Shown here one piece after another: positions 18,411 to 27,884 of a DNA stretch of 64,000 nucleotides. The notes below the pieces were generated by a model. The model saw nothing but the letters and a program-made list of their open reading frames with translations, had not been told where the DNA came from and did not search any database. The stretch covers positions 24,633 to 88,632 of the forward strand of contig CANFQC010000003.1 in assembly GCA_947449035.1 (NCBI GenBank). The letters are read 5' to 3'. The stretch is from Actinomycetota bacterium. GTDB taxonomy: Bacteria; Actinomycetota; Actinomycetes; S36-B12. Made by a program: the position numbers and the translations under genes. Numbering within the stretch: position 1 is the first letter of the stretch; each line of letters starts with the position of its first letter.

Positions 18411-19601
18411 ATGAATCCAGAACTCAGCTCTCTCCTGGCCATCGTCGCCATCGCAGCTGCGGTTCCCCTGCTCGTGGGGCTCCTGCGCATCAAGGTCGCT
18501 CAGGTGGTGCTGCTACTCGTGGGCGGAATCATCTTCGGCCCAAGTGTGCTCGGCCTGATCACCGTCGACACTTCGATCTCACTTCTGTCTGAGCTCGGTC
18601 TCGGCTTGCTGTTCTTCCTGGCCGGCATGGAGCTTGAGAGCCGCTCACTGAAGGGCCGGAGCGGGAAGCTTGCCGCGACGGGGTGGATCACTTCTATCGC
18701 TCTTGCATTGGCACTCAGCGCTGTCCTTGCAGCAAGCGGGGTGATCAAGGACTTTGCCGGCTTCGCGATTGCCCTGACGTCGACCGCCCTAGGCACCTTG
18801 CTCCCTATCCTGCGCGATAACGGCACCTTGGGCGGCCGCTTCGGTACCTATTTCATGGGTGCAGGAGCCTGGGGTGAACTCGGGCCCATCATCTCCATCG
18901 CAGTTTTTCTCAGCACTCGGTCTTCGTGGGCAGCACTGTTGACTCTGCTCATGTTCCTCGTGGTGTCCTTCGTCATCGGAGCAGTGTCGAGGGTGTTCAG
19001 CACCGACAAGCTCCGGCGACTGGTGCGGGGTGGCTACAGCACGAGCTCGCAGACCGGAGTGCGCATCACGATGCTCGTGATCGTGCTCTTTCTCGGACTC
19101 TCTATCGGCCTTGGATTCGATGGCGTTCTCGGAGCATTCATCGCAGGAATCCTTACTCGCCGAATCGTGCCACGCGATGAGGAATCTCCACTCGAGCTGC
19201 GCATCGAGGCCATCGCTTTCGGTTTCTTCATCCCGATCTTCTTCGTGGTGTCGGGAGCAAACCTCGATATCAATTCGATCCTCAAGAATCCGCTACCGAT
19301 GGTGCTTGCCTTCGTGGCTCTATTCGTGGTTCGCGCACTTCCGCAGTACGTCATTTACCGCAAGGCGATCCCTGATCGTGCGGAGCGCATGTCTTTCGCC
19401 CTGCTCATCGGAACTGCGCTACCCATCATCGTCGCGATCACGACTGTCGAGGTCAATGCCGGTGCAATGCGCGCCTCAAGTGCCGCCGCACTCGTGGGAG
19501 CCGGCGCCCTGACAGTGCTGGTGTTTCCGCTCGCCTCATCACTTCTGAGCAGGCGTATCAAGCACTCGGTCGACGATGAGCCTGCGGAGTTAGTGCACTA
19601 G
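18411..19601 (+). CDS. Cation:proton antiporter (CPA2/Kef-like membrane domain)
   Basis: About 12 TM segments. LLVGGIIFGPSVLGL and SELGLGLLFFLAGMELE are typical of Na_H_Exchanger-family proteins. Alternative GTG start at 18369. Confidence 0.8.
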   Translation: MNPELSSLLAIVAIAAAVPLLVGLLRIKVAQVVLLLVGGIIFGPSVLGLITVDTSISLLSELGLGLLFFLAGMELESRSLKGRSGKLAATGWITSIALALALSAVLAASGVIKDFAGFAIALTSTALGTLLPILRDNGTLGGRFGTYFMGAGAWGELGPIISIAVFLSTRSSWAALLTLLMFLVVSFVIGAVSRVFSTDKLRRLVRGGYSTSSQTGVRITMLVIVLFLGLSIGLGFDGVLGAFIAGILTRRIVPRDEESPLELRIEAIAFGFFIPIFFVVSGANLDINSILKNPLPMVLAFVALFVVRALPQYVIYRKAIPDRAERMSFALLIGTALPIIVAITTVEVNAGAMRASSAAALVGAGALTVLVFPLASSLLSRRIKHSVDDEPAELVH

Positions 19602-19602
19602 T

Positions 19603-20595
19603 TCAGCGACGAGCGAGTGATGCGGCATGGAGTGCGATACTCGTCGCCACCGCGGCATTGAGTGACTCGGTCTTGCTGTCCATGTCGATGCCCACCAGCC
19701 AGTCGCAGGTCTCGCTGACCAGACGGCCGAGGCCCTGGCCCTCCGAGCCCACCACAATCACGATGTTGCCGCCGAGGATTGCGGGATCGAGGTCCTGAAG
19801 GGACTTACCGGAGTTCGCGGCCAGACCAATGACCGTGTAGCCGGCCTTCTGCAGACCCTGAAGTGCACGAGTCAGGTTGGTGACCTGAGCAACCGGCACT
19901 CGAGAGAGTGCACCTGCCGAGGTCTTCCAGGCACCTGGAGTAACGCCAGTGGAACGGCGCGAAGGAATTACGATGCCTCCGGCACCGAAGGCCGATGCCG
20001 ATCGGGCAATGGCGCCGAGATTGCGCGGGTCGGTAACACCGTCGAGTGCAACGAGGACTGTTGCAGTCTTCATCTCATCGAGTTCGGTGTACTCGTATGC
20101 GGGAACAGAGAGCACGAGTCCCTGGTGCACGCCGGTGTCGGTCATACGATCGAGATCGGTGCGAGTGACTTCCATGATCGGGATTCGATACGCGGTTGCC
20201 AGCTTCAGGGCCTCACGCCAGCGATCATCGGCTTCGGTCTTGACCTGAACGTAAAGCGCCTTCGCAGGGATCTTGGCGCGCAGTGCCTCGACGACTGAGT
20301 TGCGGCCCATGAGGAAGCCGCCACCGTCTGCGGTCGGACGCTTGCGCGGACCCGACGCTCGACCTGCGGCTGCAACGCCGGTGCGCTTGTTGATCTTCTT
20401 GCCCGCGGCCTCGTCTGCACGGCGTGCAGCGGCGCGCTCGCGGCGCGCAGCAGGGTGATGCGGACGTTCGGTCGCCTTGGGGGTCGGACCCTTGGGCTGA
20501 AGGCCCTTGCGTCGAGCACCGCCGGTGCCAACTGTCGGACCCTTCTTGGTGCCCGGATTGCGCATGGCCCCCTTGCGCTGTGAATTTCCTGCCAT
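19603..20595 (-). CDS. rlmB: 23S rRNA (guanosine-2'-O)-methyltransferase RlmB (SpoU/TrmH family) with a basic Lys/Arg/Gly/Pro-rich N-terminal extension
   Basis: SpoU-substrate-binding region GRNSVVEAL, and SPOUT motifs LDGVTDPRNLGAIARSA, VGSEGQGL, SLNAAVA. Same position downstream of cysS as in M. tuberculosis Rv3579c. Confidence 0.85.
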   Translation of the reverse strand: MAGNSQRKGAMRNPGTKKGPTVGTGGARRKGLQPKGPTPKATERPHHPAARRERAAARRADEAAGKKINKRTGVAAAGRASGPRKRPTADGGGFLMGRNSVVEALRAKIPAKALYVQVKTEADDRWREALKLATAYRIPIMEVTRTDLDRMTDTGVHQGLVLSVPAYEYTELDEMKTATVLVALDGVTDPRNLGAIARSASAFGAGGIVIPSRRSTGVTPGAWKTSAGALSRVPVAQVTNLTRALQGLQKAGYTVIGLAANSGKSLQDLDPAILGGNIVIVVGSEGQGLGRLVSETCDWLVGIDMDSKTESLNAAVATSIALHAASLARR

Positions 20596-22019
20596 TACGC
20601 CTCCAGATTCCAGCGGACACCATTGGCGGTGTCCTCGATCTTGATACCGATGGCATCAAGGCCGTCGCGAATGGCATCCGCTGCGGCAAAGTCCTTGCGA
20701 GCACGCGCCTCCTGGCGCTGATCGAGTGCGACGCGCACGAGCGCGTCGATAGTTGAACGCGAGGCGTCGGCATCTGCCGACGAGGAGGCCCAGGCCCAGG
20801 GGTTCACGCCCAGGACATCGACCATCGCGAGCACGGCCACGAATGAACCTCGCACAGCGGCAAGATCACCGGCGGTAAGAGCCGCGTTGCCTTCACGCAC
20901 GGCCTCATGGAGCACAGCCATTGCAGCGGGCGCCGAGAGATCATCGTCCATTGCGGCATCGAAGTCTGCAGGGCGAAGCGACGGGCCAGTGCCATTGGAG
21001 GAAGCAGTGACGTCAAGGAGCGAGTCGTCAGAGTCGAGGGCTTCGAAGGCACGCTGCAGGAAACCTTCAATACGGCGGTAGCCCTGCCCGGCTTCCTTCA
21101 CCGACTCGTCGGAGTACTCGAGCATCGAGCGGTAGTGAGCACCGACCAGATAGTAACGAAGCTCGACCGGACGTACGCGCTGCACGATCTCGTCAACGAG
21201 AAGTGAATTACCCAGCGACTTGCTCATCTTCTCGCCCGCTGTAGTGACCCAGGCGTTGTGCAGCCAGAAATTCGCGAACTGATCGCCGGCTGCCTTCGAC
21301 TGGGCAATCTCATTCTCGTGATGCGGGAAGACGAGATCGAGACCACCGCCATGAATATCGAACTGCGCACCGAGGTACTTGTGTGCCATGGCTGAGCACT
21401 CGATGTGCCAGCCCGGACGACCGGGACCCCACGGGGTATCCCAGTACGGCTCGTCGGGCTTGGCACCCTTCCACATCGCGAAGTCGCGAGGATCGCGCTT
21501 GACCTGAGCCTCGGAGTCGGGTGACGCGAGCATGTCGTCGATCTTCTGACCACTGAGTGAGCCGTAGCCCACGAACTTACGCACGTCAAAGTAGACATCG
21601 CCATTCATCGCATAGCCGTAGCCGGCATCGATCAGGCGCTGCATCATCTCGATCATCTCGGGAATGTGACCGGTGGCGCGAGGCTCGTAGGTCGGCGGAA
21701 TGCAGCCGAGGGTGTCGTAGGCGCGGGTGAAGTTGCGCTCATTACGCATCGCGACGACCCAGTAGGGCACATCGTCATGGCCGGCGTTATGAATGATCTT
21801 GTCATCGATATCGGTCACATTACGAATGAAGGTGACGTCGTAGCCTCGGGCGATCAGCCAGCGGCGCAGCACATCGAAGGCGACCGACGAGCGGATGTGC
21901 CCCACGTGGGGCGGCGCCTGGACGGTGGCACCACACAGGTAAATGCCGACCTTGCCCGGCACGATCGGGACGAATTCCCGAGTAGCGCGCGTGGCTGTGT
22001 CATAGAAGGCGAGAGGCAC
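20595..22019 (-). CDS. cysS: Cysteine--tRNA ligase
   Basis: Class I HIGH variant (PHVGH), KMSKS exactly present, and Zn-binding C...HIECS context. TACCCT-N6-GTG start. Confidence 0.95.
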   Translation of the reverse strand: MPLAFYDTATRATREFVPIVPGKVGIYLCGATVQAPPHVGHIRSSVAFDVLRRWLIARGYDVTFIRNVTDIDDKIIHNAGHDDVPYWVVAMRNERNFTRAYDTLGCIPPTYEPRATGHIPEMIEMMQRLIDAGYGYAMNGDVYFDVRKFVGYGSLSGQKIDDMLASPDSEAQVKRDPRDFAMWKGAKPDEPYWDTPWGPGRPGWHIECSAMAHKYLGAQFDIHGGGLDLVFPHHENEIAQSKAAGDQFANFWLHNAWVTTAGEKMSKSLGNSLLVDEIVQRVRPVELRYYLVGAHYRSMLEYSDESVKEAGQGYRRIEGFLQRAFEALDSDDSLLDVTASSNGTGPSLRPADFDAAMDDDLSAPAAMAVLHEAVREGNAALTAGDLAAVRGSFVAVLAMVDVLGVNPWAWASSSADADASRSTIDALVRVALDQRQEARARKDFAAADAIRDGLDAIGIKIEDTANGVRWNLEA

Positions 22020-22065
22020 GGGACAAGGGTACCGACTCCCGGAGGACCCTCACGCCACGCGTATG

Positions 22066-22109
22066 AGGCCGAAAACGACAGATCCCCGAGGGCCGAAGCC
22101 GCTCGGGGA
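22066..22109 (-). terminator. Rho-independent terminator downstream of the PPOX-like gene
   Basis: On the minus strand: TCCCCGAGCGGCTTCGGCCCTCGGGGA, followed by TCTGTCGTTTTCGG. Confidence 0.65.
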
Positions 22110-22125
22110 CCCGAAAGTGCCGTGA

Positions 22126-22518
22126 TTACTGGAAGTTGACCTTCGACGGGCTGAGGCGGACGACCACGCGCACGTTGTCGGTACCGTCATCCCACGTGTA
22201 GCGCGGGGTGCCCATGTACTTCTGATTGAGGCGGTCGATGAGCTCACGGCCACCCTCCTCGGTCATGGTGACCGTGCCACGTACCTCGACATATGAGTAC
22301 GGGTTGTCCTTCGCGTAGAGCAACACGCTTGCGCGCGGATCGCGCGCCAAGTTGCGATGCTTCTGGCGATTCGTGGTGGTCGACATCAGCAGATCGTCGC
22401 CCTCACGCTCAACCCAGACCACGGAAAGCTGGGGCTGGCCGTCAGGCTGCACAGTTGCGAGGGTGACGAACTCAGCGGCATCGAAGAGTGCCTGAGCGGC
22501 TTCGGGCAAAGTGGCCAT
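22126..22518 (-). CDS. PPOX-class (pyridoxamine 5'-phosphate oxidase-like) probable F420-dependent enzyme
   Basis: 130 aa. FVTLATVQPDGQPQLSVVWV...RKHRNLARDPRASV is typical of the split-barrel PPOX class. Start set at ATG 22518, which has AAGGAG upstream. Confidence 0.75.
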   Translation of the reverse strand: MATLPEAAQALFDAAEFVTLATVQPDGQPQLSVVWVEREGDDLLMSTTTNRQKHRNLARDPRASVLLYAKDNPYSYVEVRGTVTMTEEGGRELIDRLNQKYMGTPRYTWDDGTDNVRVVVRLSPSKVNFQ

Positions 22519-22557
22519 GGTGATCTCCTTGGATAGGTGAGGTGGGTTGAAGAGCAA

Positions 22558-23046
22558 CTAACTAGGCAGTACGCCGGCAATCGCGATTGCCGCAACGCCC
22601 TCGCCTCGACCTGTCAGGCCAAGACCGTCAGTGGTGGTGCCGGAGACTCGTACCGGCGCGCCGATTGCAGCCGAGAGAACATCCTGGGCTTCCTCGCGAC
22701 GCGTGCCTACGCGAGGAGAATTTCCGATGACCTGCACACTGCCGTTGACGATTGAGTAACCGGCAGCACGCACCAGCGAGGCCACGTGCGAGAGCAGCGT
22801 GACTCCGGATGCCGAGGCCCACTGCGGATCAGAGGTGCCGAACACTGAGCCGAGATCACCGAGGCCGGCCGCGGAAAGCAACGCATCGCAGAGTGCATGC
22901 GAGGCCGCGTCGGCATCGGAGTGCCCGGCAAGACCTGTCTCCCCCGGCCACAGCAGACCGGCCATCCACATAGGTCGACCGTCTTCGAATGCATGAACGT
23001 CAGTGCCGATTCCGGTGAGAACCGCGTGCGAGGGATTAGCTGACAT
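22558..23046 (-). CDS. ispF: 2-C-methyl-D-erythritol 2,4-cyclodiphosphate synthase
   Basis: IGTDVHAF...[17 protein letters not shown]...GDLG motifs. Overlaps the ispD stop. Confidence 0.95.
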   Translation of the reverse strand: MSANPSHAVLTGIGTDVHAFEDGRPMWMAGLLWPGETGLAGHSDADAASHALCDALLSAAGLGDLGSVFGTSDPQWASASGVTLLSHVASLVRAAGYSIVNGSVQVIGNSPRVGTRREEAQDVLSAAIGAPVRVSGTTTDGLGLTGRGEGVAAIAIAGVLPS

Positions 23047-23743
23047 TGCCGCTCGCCCTTCGCTTGGCGAGCACGGCCTCGGCGAGGATCAAGTCGATCG
23101 GCCGGGTGACCTTGAAGGCCTCTTCATGGCCAGGAATCACATGCACGGTCACGCCATCGCGCTCGACCAAGCCGGCATCGTCAGTGGCAATCGGAGCGGA
23201 CGGGTCAACACCGGCATGCGCAGACTGAAGAACGGCGCGAGCGAAACCCTGTGGGGTCTGCACGGCACGAAGTGACGCTCGATCCGGTGTGGCCACGACA
23301 TCGCTTGCAGGATTGACCTGCTTGAGAGTGTCGGCGACAGCCAGGCCCGGCACGACAGCCGTATGGCCGGCAGCGACGGCCGCGACAACTGACGCAATGA
23401 GTTCGGGCGGAGTGAGCGCACGTGCCGCGTCATGCACCAGCACGATGTCGACGTCAGAAGGGAGGGCGATCAGGGCACGAGCGACAGACTCCTGACGACT
23501 CTCACCACCGGCGAGCACCTCGATATCGCAGGTGACATCTAGTTCACTGAGCAGTCCGCGCACATCATCGACAAAATCAACAGGTGCGGCTATAACGATG
23601 AGATCAATAACGCGCGATGCGGCAAGACCGCGAACAGCGTGAACGAGCAGCGGAATGCCACCGACCTCGCGAAGTGCCTTGGGAGTTCCGGCGCCGAGAC
23701 GCTCACCCTTGCCAGCAGCGGGAACGAGTGCTGCAGTGGTCAC
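23036..23743 (-). CDS. ispD: 2-C-methyl-D-erythritol 4-phosphate cytidylyltransferase
   Basis: [14 protein letters not shown]-terminal P-loop-like motif, [10 protein letters not shown], and QTPQGF. Confidence 0.95.
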   Translation of the reverse strand: MTTAALVPAAGKGERLGAGTPKALREVGGIPLLVHAVRGLAASRVIDLIVIAAPVDFVDDVRGLLSELDVTCDIEVLAGGESRQESVARALIALPSDVDIVLVHDAARALTPPELIASVVAAVAAGHTAVVPGLAVADTLKQVNPASDVVATPDRASLRAVQTPQGFARAVLQSAHAGVDPSAPIATDDAGLVERDGVTVHVIPGHEEAFKVTRPIDLILAEAVLAKRRASGNVS

Positions 23744-23809
23744 GGATGCTCCCCTCGGGTCGAGATCAGAGCGACGCGCACAACGAAGTGAGCATGCTCA
23801 GGGAACGAA

Positions 23810-24292
23810 CTAGGAAGCGAGTACCTCGTCGAGGATCGACTCGGCCTTGACCTCGTCGGTCTTCTCGGCCAGTGCAAGTTCGCTGACGAGAATCTGGCGT
23901 GCCTTGGCGAGCATGCGCTTCTCGCCGGCCGACAGGCCGCGCTCGCGCTCGCGACGCCACAGATCGCGCACGACCTCGGCCACCTTGATGACGTCGCCGG
24001 AGGCGAGCTTCTCAAGGTTGGCCTTGTAGCGGCGGGACCAGTTGGTGGGCTCTTCGGTGTACGGCTGGCGCAGCACATTGAACACGCGCTCGAGGCCATC
24101 AGCATTGACGACATCACGCACGCCGACGAGGTCGACGTTGTCGGAGGGCACGCGAACGGTCAGGTCGCCCTGAGCCACGCGGAGTACGAGGTACTCGCGA
24201 TCCTCACCCTTGACCTTGCGAATCTCGACGGATTCGATGACTGCTGCCCCGTGATGCGGGTAGACGACCGTGTCGCCCACGTTAAACGCCAT
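23810..24292 (-). CDS. carD: CarD-family RNA polymerase-binding transcription regulator
   Basis: [20 protein letters not shown]...REYLVLRV matches the CarD/TRCF-RID N-terminus. Conserved carD-ispD-ispF synteny. Confidence 0.95.
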   Translation of the reverse strand: MAFNVGDTVVYPHHGAAVIESVEIRKVKGEDREYLVLRVAQGDLTVRVPSDNVDLVGVRDVVNADGLERVFNVLRQPYTEEPTNWSRRYKANLEKLASGDVIKVAEVVRDLWRRERERGLSAGEKRMLAKARQILVSELALAEKTDEVKAESILDEVLAS

Positions 24293-24401
24293 GAAGATGG
24301 ACCCCTTTCCAGGAGGGCCAACTTTACCACGTGATCAACGCCCCAATTCCCGAACGAGTGCCGCCGAGAATCCCCCTAGGGTTCCCCTATAGCCTGGGCC
24401 T

Positions 24402-24980
24402 GTGAAGCGATCAGCACTTACCTCAGCAGCCCTGGCCGTGGCCCTCGTGGCCGTCTCCCCCCTTCTCGGCGGGTGCTTCCAGGGCCAGCAGGCCACGACC
24501 ACTGCCCAGGCCTCGATGAACAGCGGCGACGGCGTCCAGGTCCAGGTGGGCAACCTCAAGGCCCAGGGCCTGACCTTGGTGCTCGGCCCCGAGGCCGGCA
24601 CCGCCTCACTCATCGGCCGATTCACCAACGTGGGCACCGAGATCGAATACCTGAGGGGCGTGACCATCGGCGATAAGACCATGGCCAATGGCGATATCGC
24701 CGTCACCATGGGTCTGGGCCAGGTTCTCCCTGGCCAGTCGGTCGGCTTCGGCTTCGAATCCGATCAGTCGATTTCGGTCAAGAACCTTGATGCGGTCGTG
24801 AGCGCCTACGTGCCGATCAGCATTGCCTTCGAGGTCAACGGCACGGTCGAGACGAGTGTTCTGACCGTCCCGGCTACCGGCATCTACGAGGGCATCACCC
24901 CGAGCTTCCCGCCGGCGCCGGTTGCCAGCCCGGTGGCTTCCGCAGTCGCGAGTGCCGAGCCCAGCCCCGCGGCTAGTTAG
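24402..24980 (+). CDS. Lipoprotein of unknown function (positional equivalent of M. tuberculosis LpqE)
   Basis: Signal peptide with lipobox (LLGG-C). Pro/Ala/Ser-rich C-terminus. TAGCCT-N6-GTG start. The family assignment rests on synteny only. Confidence 0.55.
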   Translation: MKRSALTSAALAVALVAVSPLLGGCFQGQQATTTAQASMNSGDGVQVQVGNLKAQGLTLVLGPEAGTASLIGRFTNVGTEIEYLRGVTIGDKTMANGDIAVTMGLGQVLPGQSVGFGFESDQSISVKNLDAVVSAYVPISIAFEVNGTVETSVLTVPATGIYEGITPSFPPAPVASPVASAVASAEPSPAAS

Positions 24981-24996
24981 TTACACCACGGACACA

Positions 24997-25028
24997 CGAA
25001 GGCCCCGCTCGAATGAGCGGGGCCTTCG
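24997..25028. terminator. Perfect 14-bp-stem hairpin between convergent genes
   Basis: CGAAGGCCCCGCTC-GAAT-GAGCGGGGCCTTCG. Confidence 0.6.
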
Positions 25029-25052
25029 TCGTCGTCAGGTGCGTGCGGGCGA

Positions 25053-25733
25053 TTAAGCCTCGTACTTGTAGCCCAGCCCTCGAACGGTCACGAGATGAAC
25101 CGGGTTGGCCGGGTCCTCCTCGATCTTGGCGCGCAAGCGCTTCACGTGCACATCAAGAGTCTTCGTGTCACCGACGTAGTCAGCGCCCCACACGCGATCG
25201 ATGAGTTGACCACGAGTCATGACGCGACCGGAGTTACGCACGAGCATCTCCAGCAGGTCGAATTCCTTGAGCGGCATCGGAACAGAACTGCCGCGCACTG
25301 TCACGACGTGACGATCGACATCCATGCGCACCGGGCCAGCTTCGACCACGAGGGGCACGAGTTCATCTACTTCACCATGACGGCGCAGCACTGCGCGAAC
25401 GCGCGCAAGCAACTCACGTGAGCTGAAGGGCTTGGTGACATAGTCATCGGCGCCAAGCTCCAGACCGAGCACCTTGTCGATCTCGCCGTCCTTGGCCGAC
25501 ACCATGATGATCGGCACGTTCGACTTGCCGCGAATGTTCTTGCACACCTCGGTGCCCGAGATGCCAGGAAGCATGAGATCGAGCAGCACGAGGTCGGCGC
25601 CGTTGGCATCGAATTCGCTTACGGCCACATTGCCATCAGCCGCAACGGTCACTTCGAAGCCTTCACGCTTGAGCATGAAGGAAAGTGCGTCGGAGAAGGA
25701 CTCTTCGTCCTCGACGACCAGGATTCGTGTCAC
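25053..25733 (-). CDS. regX3: Phosphate-responsive OmpR-family response regulator (RegX3/PhoP type)
   Basis: Close to RegX3 as I recall it, along the whole length (ILVVEDEES...LLDLMLPG.SGT.VCK...GLELGADDYVTKP...GQLIDRVWGADYVGDTKTLDVHVKRLR.KIE.DPANPVHLVTVRGLGYK). Confidence 0.9.
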   Translation of the reverse strand: MTRILVVEDEESFSDALSFMLKREGFEVTVAADGNVAVSEFDANGADLVLLDLMLPGISGTEVCKNIRGKSNVPIIMVSAKDGEIDKVLGLELGADDYVTKPFSSRELLARVRAVLRRHGEVDELVPLVVEAGPVRMDVDRHVVTVRGSSVPMPLKEFDLLEMLVRNSGRVMTRGQLIDRVWGADYVGDTKTLDVHVKRLRAKIEEDPANPVHLVTVRGLGYKYEA

Positions 25734-26932
25734 TGCTGTACCTCTGCCGGGTTGGTGTTATCGACGGATGGAAAAGCGTTGGTGTCAACGGGAAGGCTGA
25801 TGACTGTGTCCACCATGAACTCATGGGAGTGCCCGGCCCCGGCGATGGTCTCGTGGTAGGCCGGCAGACGAAGAGTGAAGGTGGAGCCAACGCCAACCTC
25901 CGACCACACCGTGCATTCGCCGCCATGGTTCTGACACACGTGCTTGACGATGGCAAGACCTAGACCAGTACCACCTGTCACGCGTGAGCGCGCCGGATCG
26001 ACACGGTAGAAGCGCTCGAAAATGCGCTCGAGCTCAGCTGCCGGAATACCGACACCTTGATCGGTGACGCTGATGTCGATGATGTCTTCGGTGAGGCGGC
26101 AGTAAATCGCGATGCGCGTGTTGGTGGGAGAGTAAGTGACTGCATTGGCGAGGAGATTGCGTAACGCCGTGAGTAGTTGATTGCGATCGCCGTGGATGAG
26201 CGCGTTGACAGGCTCACCCCGTACAAACTCGATCGACGCAGCGTTCGCAGCCGTTCGAAGTTCATCCATGGCGCGCACGATGAGTTCTTCGACCGGAACG
26301 ATCTCGGCGCGCAGTACGGGGTCATCACCTTGTAGGCGCGAGAGATCGATGACGTCTTGGATGAGGTGACCGAGTCGCGATGCCTCGAGCTGCATGCGCT
26401 CAGCGAAGTGACGCACCTGCTCCACATCGTCAGGCGAAGTGGCGACGGCCTCAGCAAGAAGTGAGAGGGCACCGACCGGAGTCTTCAATTCATGCGACAC
26501 GTTCGCCACGAAGTCGCGCCGCACGGCATCGACTCGACGATCGTCGGAGAGGTCGTCGACGAGGATCAAGACCACGCCCTCGCTGATCACCGCTGCCCTG
26601 GCACGCACCTCGAGCAATTCACGGCCGAGTGGGGGGCGTCGCACCTTGAGCTCTGCCTCTCGGGGCTCGCCTGCGGCGGCCACTTCGGCGGCCAGATCGA
26701 CCAGATCGGGGATGGTGACCTGCGAGCGATTGACGAGGCCCAGCGCCACTGCTCGCGATGAGGCTCGCAGCACAGTGCCCTCGGTCGTGACAACCAAGGA
26801 GGCCGAGTTGAGCACGGCCAGCACACGGGCGACCTCCTCCGGAATGACGGGGAGGTCTTCGAGATCATGGTCGAGGAGGGTATCGACCTGCCGCTGAGGT
26901 GCCACGTCGGAAGAATATGGGCGCGAATCCAT
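25730..26932 (-). CDS. senX3: Sensor histidine kinase (SenX3/PhoR type) with no detectable transmembrane segment
   Basis: H-box FVANVSHELKTP, N-box LLANAVTYS, G-boxes DQGVGI and GGTGLGLAIV. The first ~130 aa are PAS-like and hydrophilic. SD AGGAGGG before ATG 26932. Confidence 0.85.
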   Translation of the reverse strand: MDSRPYSSDVAPQRQVDTLLDHDLEDLPVIPEEVARVLAVLNSASLVVTTEGTVLRASSRAVALGLVNRSQVTIPDLVDLAAEVAAAGEPREAELKVRRPPLGRELLEVRARAAVISEGVVLILVDDLSDDRRVDAVRRDFVANVSHELKTPVGALSLLAEAVATSPDDVEQVRHFAERMQLEASRLGHLIQDVIDLSRLQGDDPVLRAEIVPVEELIVRAMDELRTAANAASIEFVRGEPVNALIHGDRNQLLTALRNLLANAVTYSPTNTRIAIYCRLTEDIIDISVTDQGVGIPAAELERIFERFYRVDPARSRVTGGTGLGLAIVKHVCQNHGGECTVWSEVGVGSTFTLRLPAYHETIAGAGHSHEFMVDTVISLPVDTNAFPSVDNTNPAEVQQ

Positions 26933-26977
26933 CGGACGGCCCTCCTAAGCGGCTCTGAGACCCAGAATTGAGCAAGG

Positions 26978-27003
26978 GTTCATCTGCGACATCTGTTGTT
27001 CAC
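26978..27003 (+). promoter_or_regulatory. Candidate PHO-box-like cores (GTTCAT at 26978, GTTCAC at 26998; also GTTAAC at 27081) in the senX3/phoU divergent region
   Basis: GTTCA(Y) matches the core of the actinobacterial PhoP direct-repeat unit. The two cores are 20 nt apart. Confidence 0.3.
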
Positions 27004-27139
27004 TTTAGGGCCAAATGCCATTAACTCCATAGCCACGAAAAGCCCAATTCGCCGCGTAGGCTCTCTTTCGTACATCCGCTGTTAACCCTGAGGGCCGAAT
27101 CCGAGCCCGATGCCCTGATTTCCCGAACGGACGATCCAT

Positions 27140-27799
27140 ATGAGTGACGCCCCCCACGAGGAGCTCCTGGCCGTTAACGCCGAACTCGTCGAGGTTGCCA
27201 AGCTCGTCGGTGCGGCAATGAACCTGGCCACCTCCGCCCTCCTCAATGCTGATCTGGGCATCGCTGAGCGAGTAATTCAGAACGACGATGAGATCGACAT
27301 CCGCACCTCGGCTATCGAGGAACGCTGCATCGAGATCATCGCCAACGACGCCCCCACCGGCCGCGACCTTCGGATCGCCATCGGAGCCCTGCGCATCGCC
27401 GCCAGCCTTGAGCGCATGGGCGATCTCGCCAGACACGTAGCGAAGCAGGCCCGCCTACGCTTTCCGAATACGGCAGTTCCTGATCAACTCGCTCCTACTT
27501 TTGCCCATATGGGCCGTCTGGCCGAGGGCATCATCAACAAGACCGCCGCCGTCATTACGAGCCAGGACGTCTCCCTCGCGACCGATATCGCCGAGGAGGA
27601 TTCGGAGATGGATCGCGTCCATCGCGAGCTCTTCACCATCGTGCTCTCGGAGAACTGGCAGCACGGCGTCGAGGCGGCAATCGACGTCACCCTGCTCTCT
27701 CGCTACTACGAGCGCTATGCCGATCACGCCGTGAGTGTCACCAAGCGCGTGGTCAACGTCGTGACCGGTGAGCCGTACGCCGGCGTCCTGCTCGACTAA
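27140..27799 (+). CDS. phoU: Phosphate signalling complex protein PhoU
   Basis: Two PhoU repeats (RVIQNDDEID...ERMGDLARHVAK and DSEMDRVHREL...YERYADHAVSV). Confidence 0.95.
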   Translation: MSDAPHEELLAVNAELVEVAKLVGAAMNLATSALLNADLGIAERVIQNDDEIDIRTSAIEERCIEIIANDAPTGRDLRIAIGALRIAASLERMGDLARHVAKQARLRFPNTAVPDQLAPTFAHMGRLAEGIINKTAAVITSQDVSLATDIAEEDSEMDRVHRELFTIVLSENWQHGVEAAIDVTLLSRYYERYADHAVSVTKRVVNVVTGEPYAGVLLD

Positions 27800-27884
27800 G
27801 GCAGCTCGACCTCGCGGCCACTCCACACGGGGCGATTTCCGCGCTCCATTGGCTCAGCCGTACCCCATGGGCCACACTTAAGAC

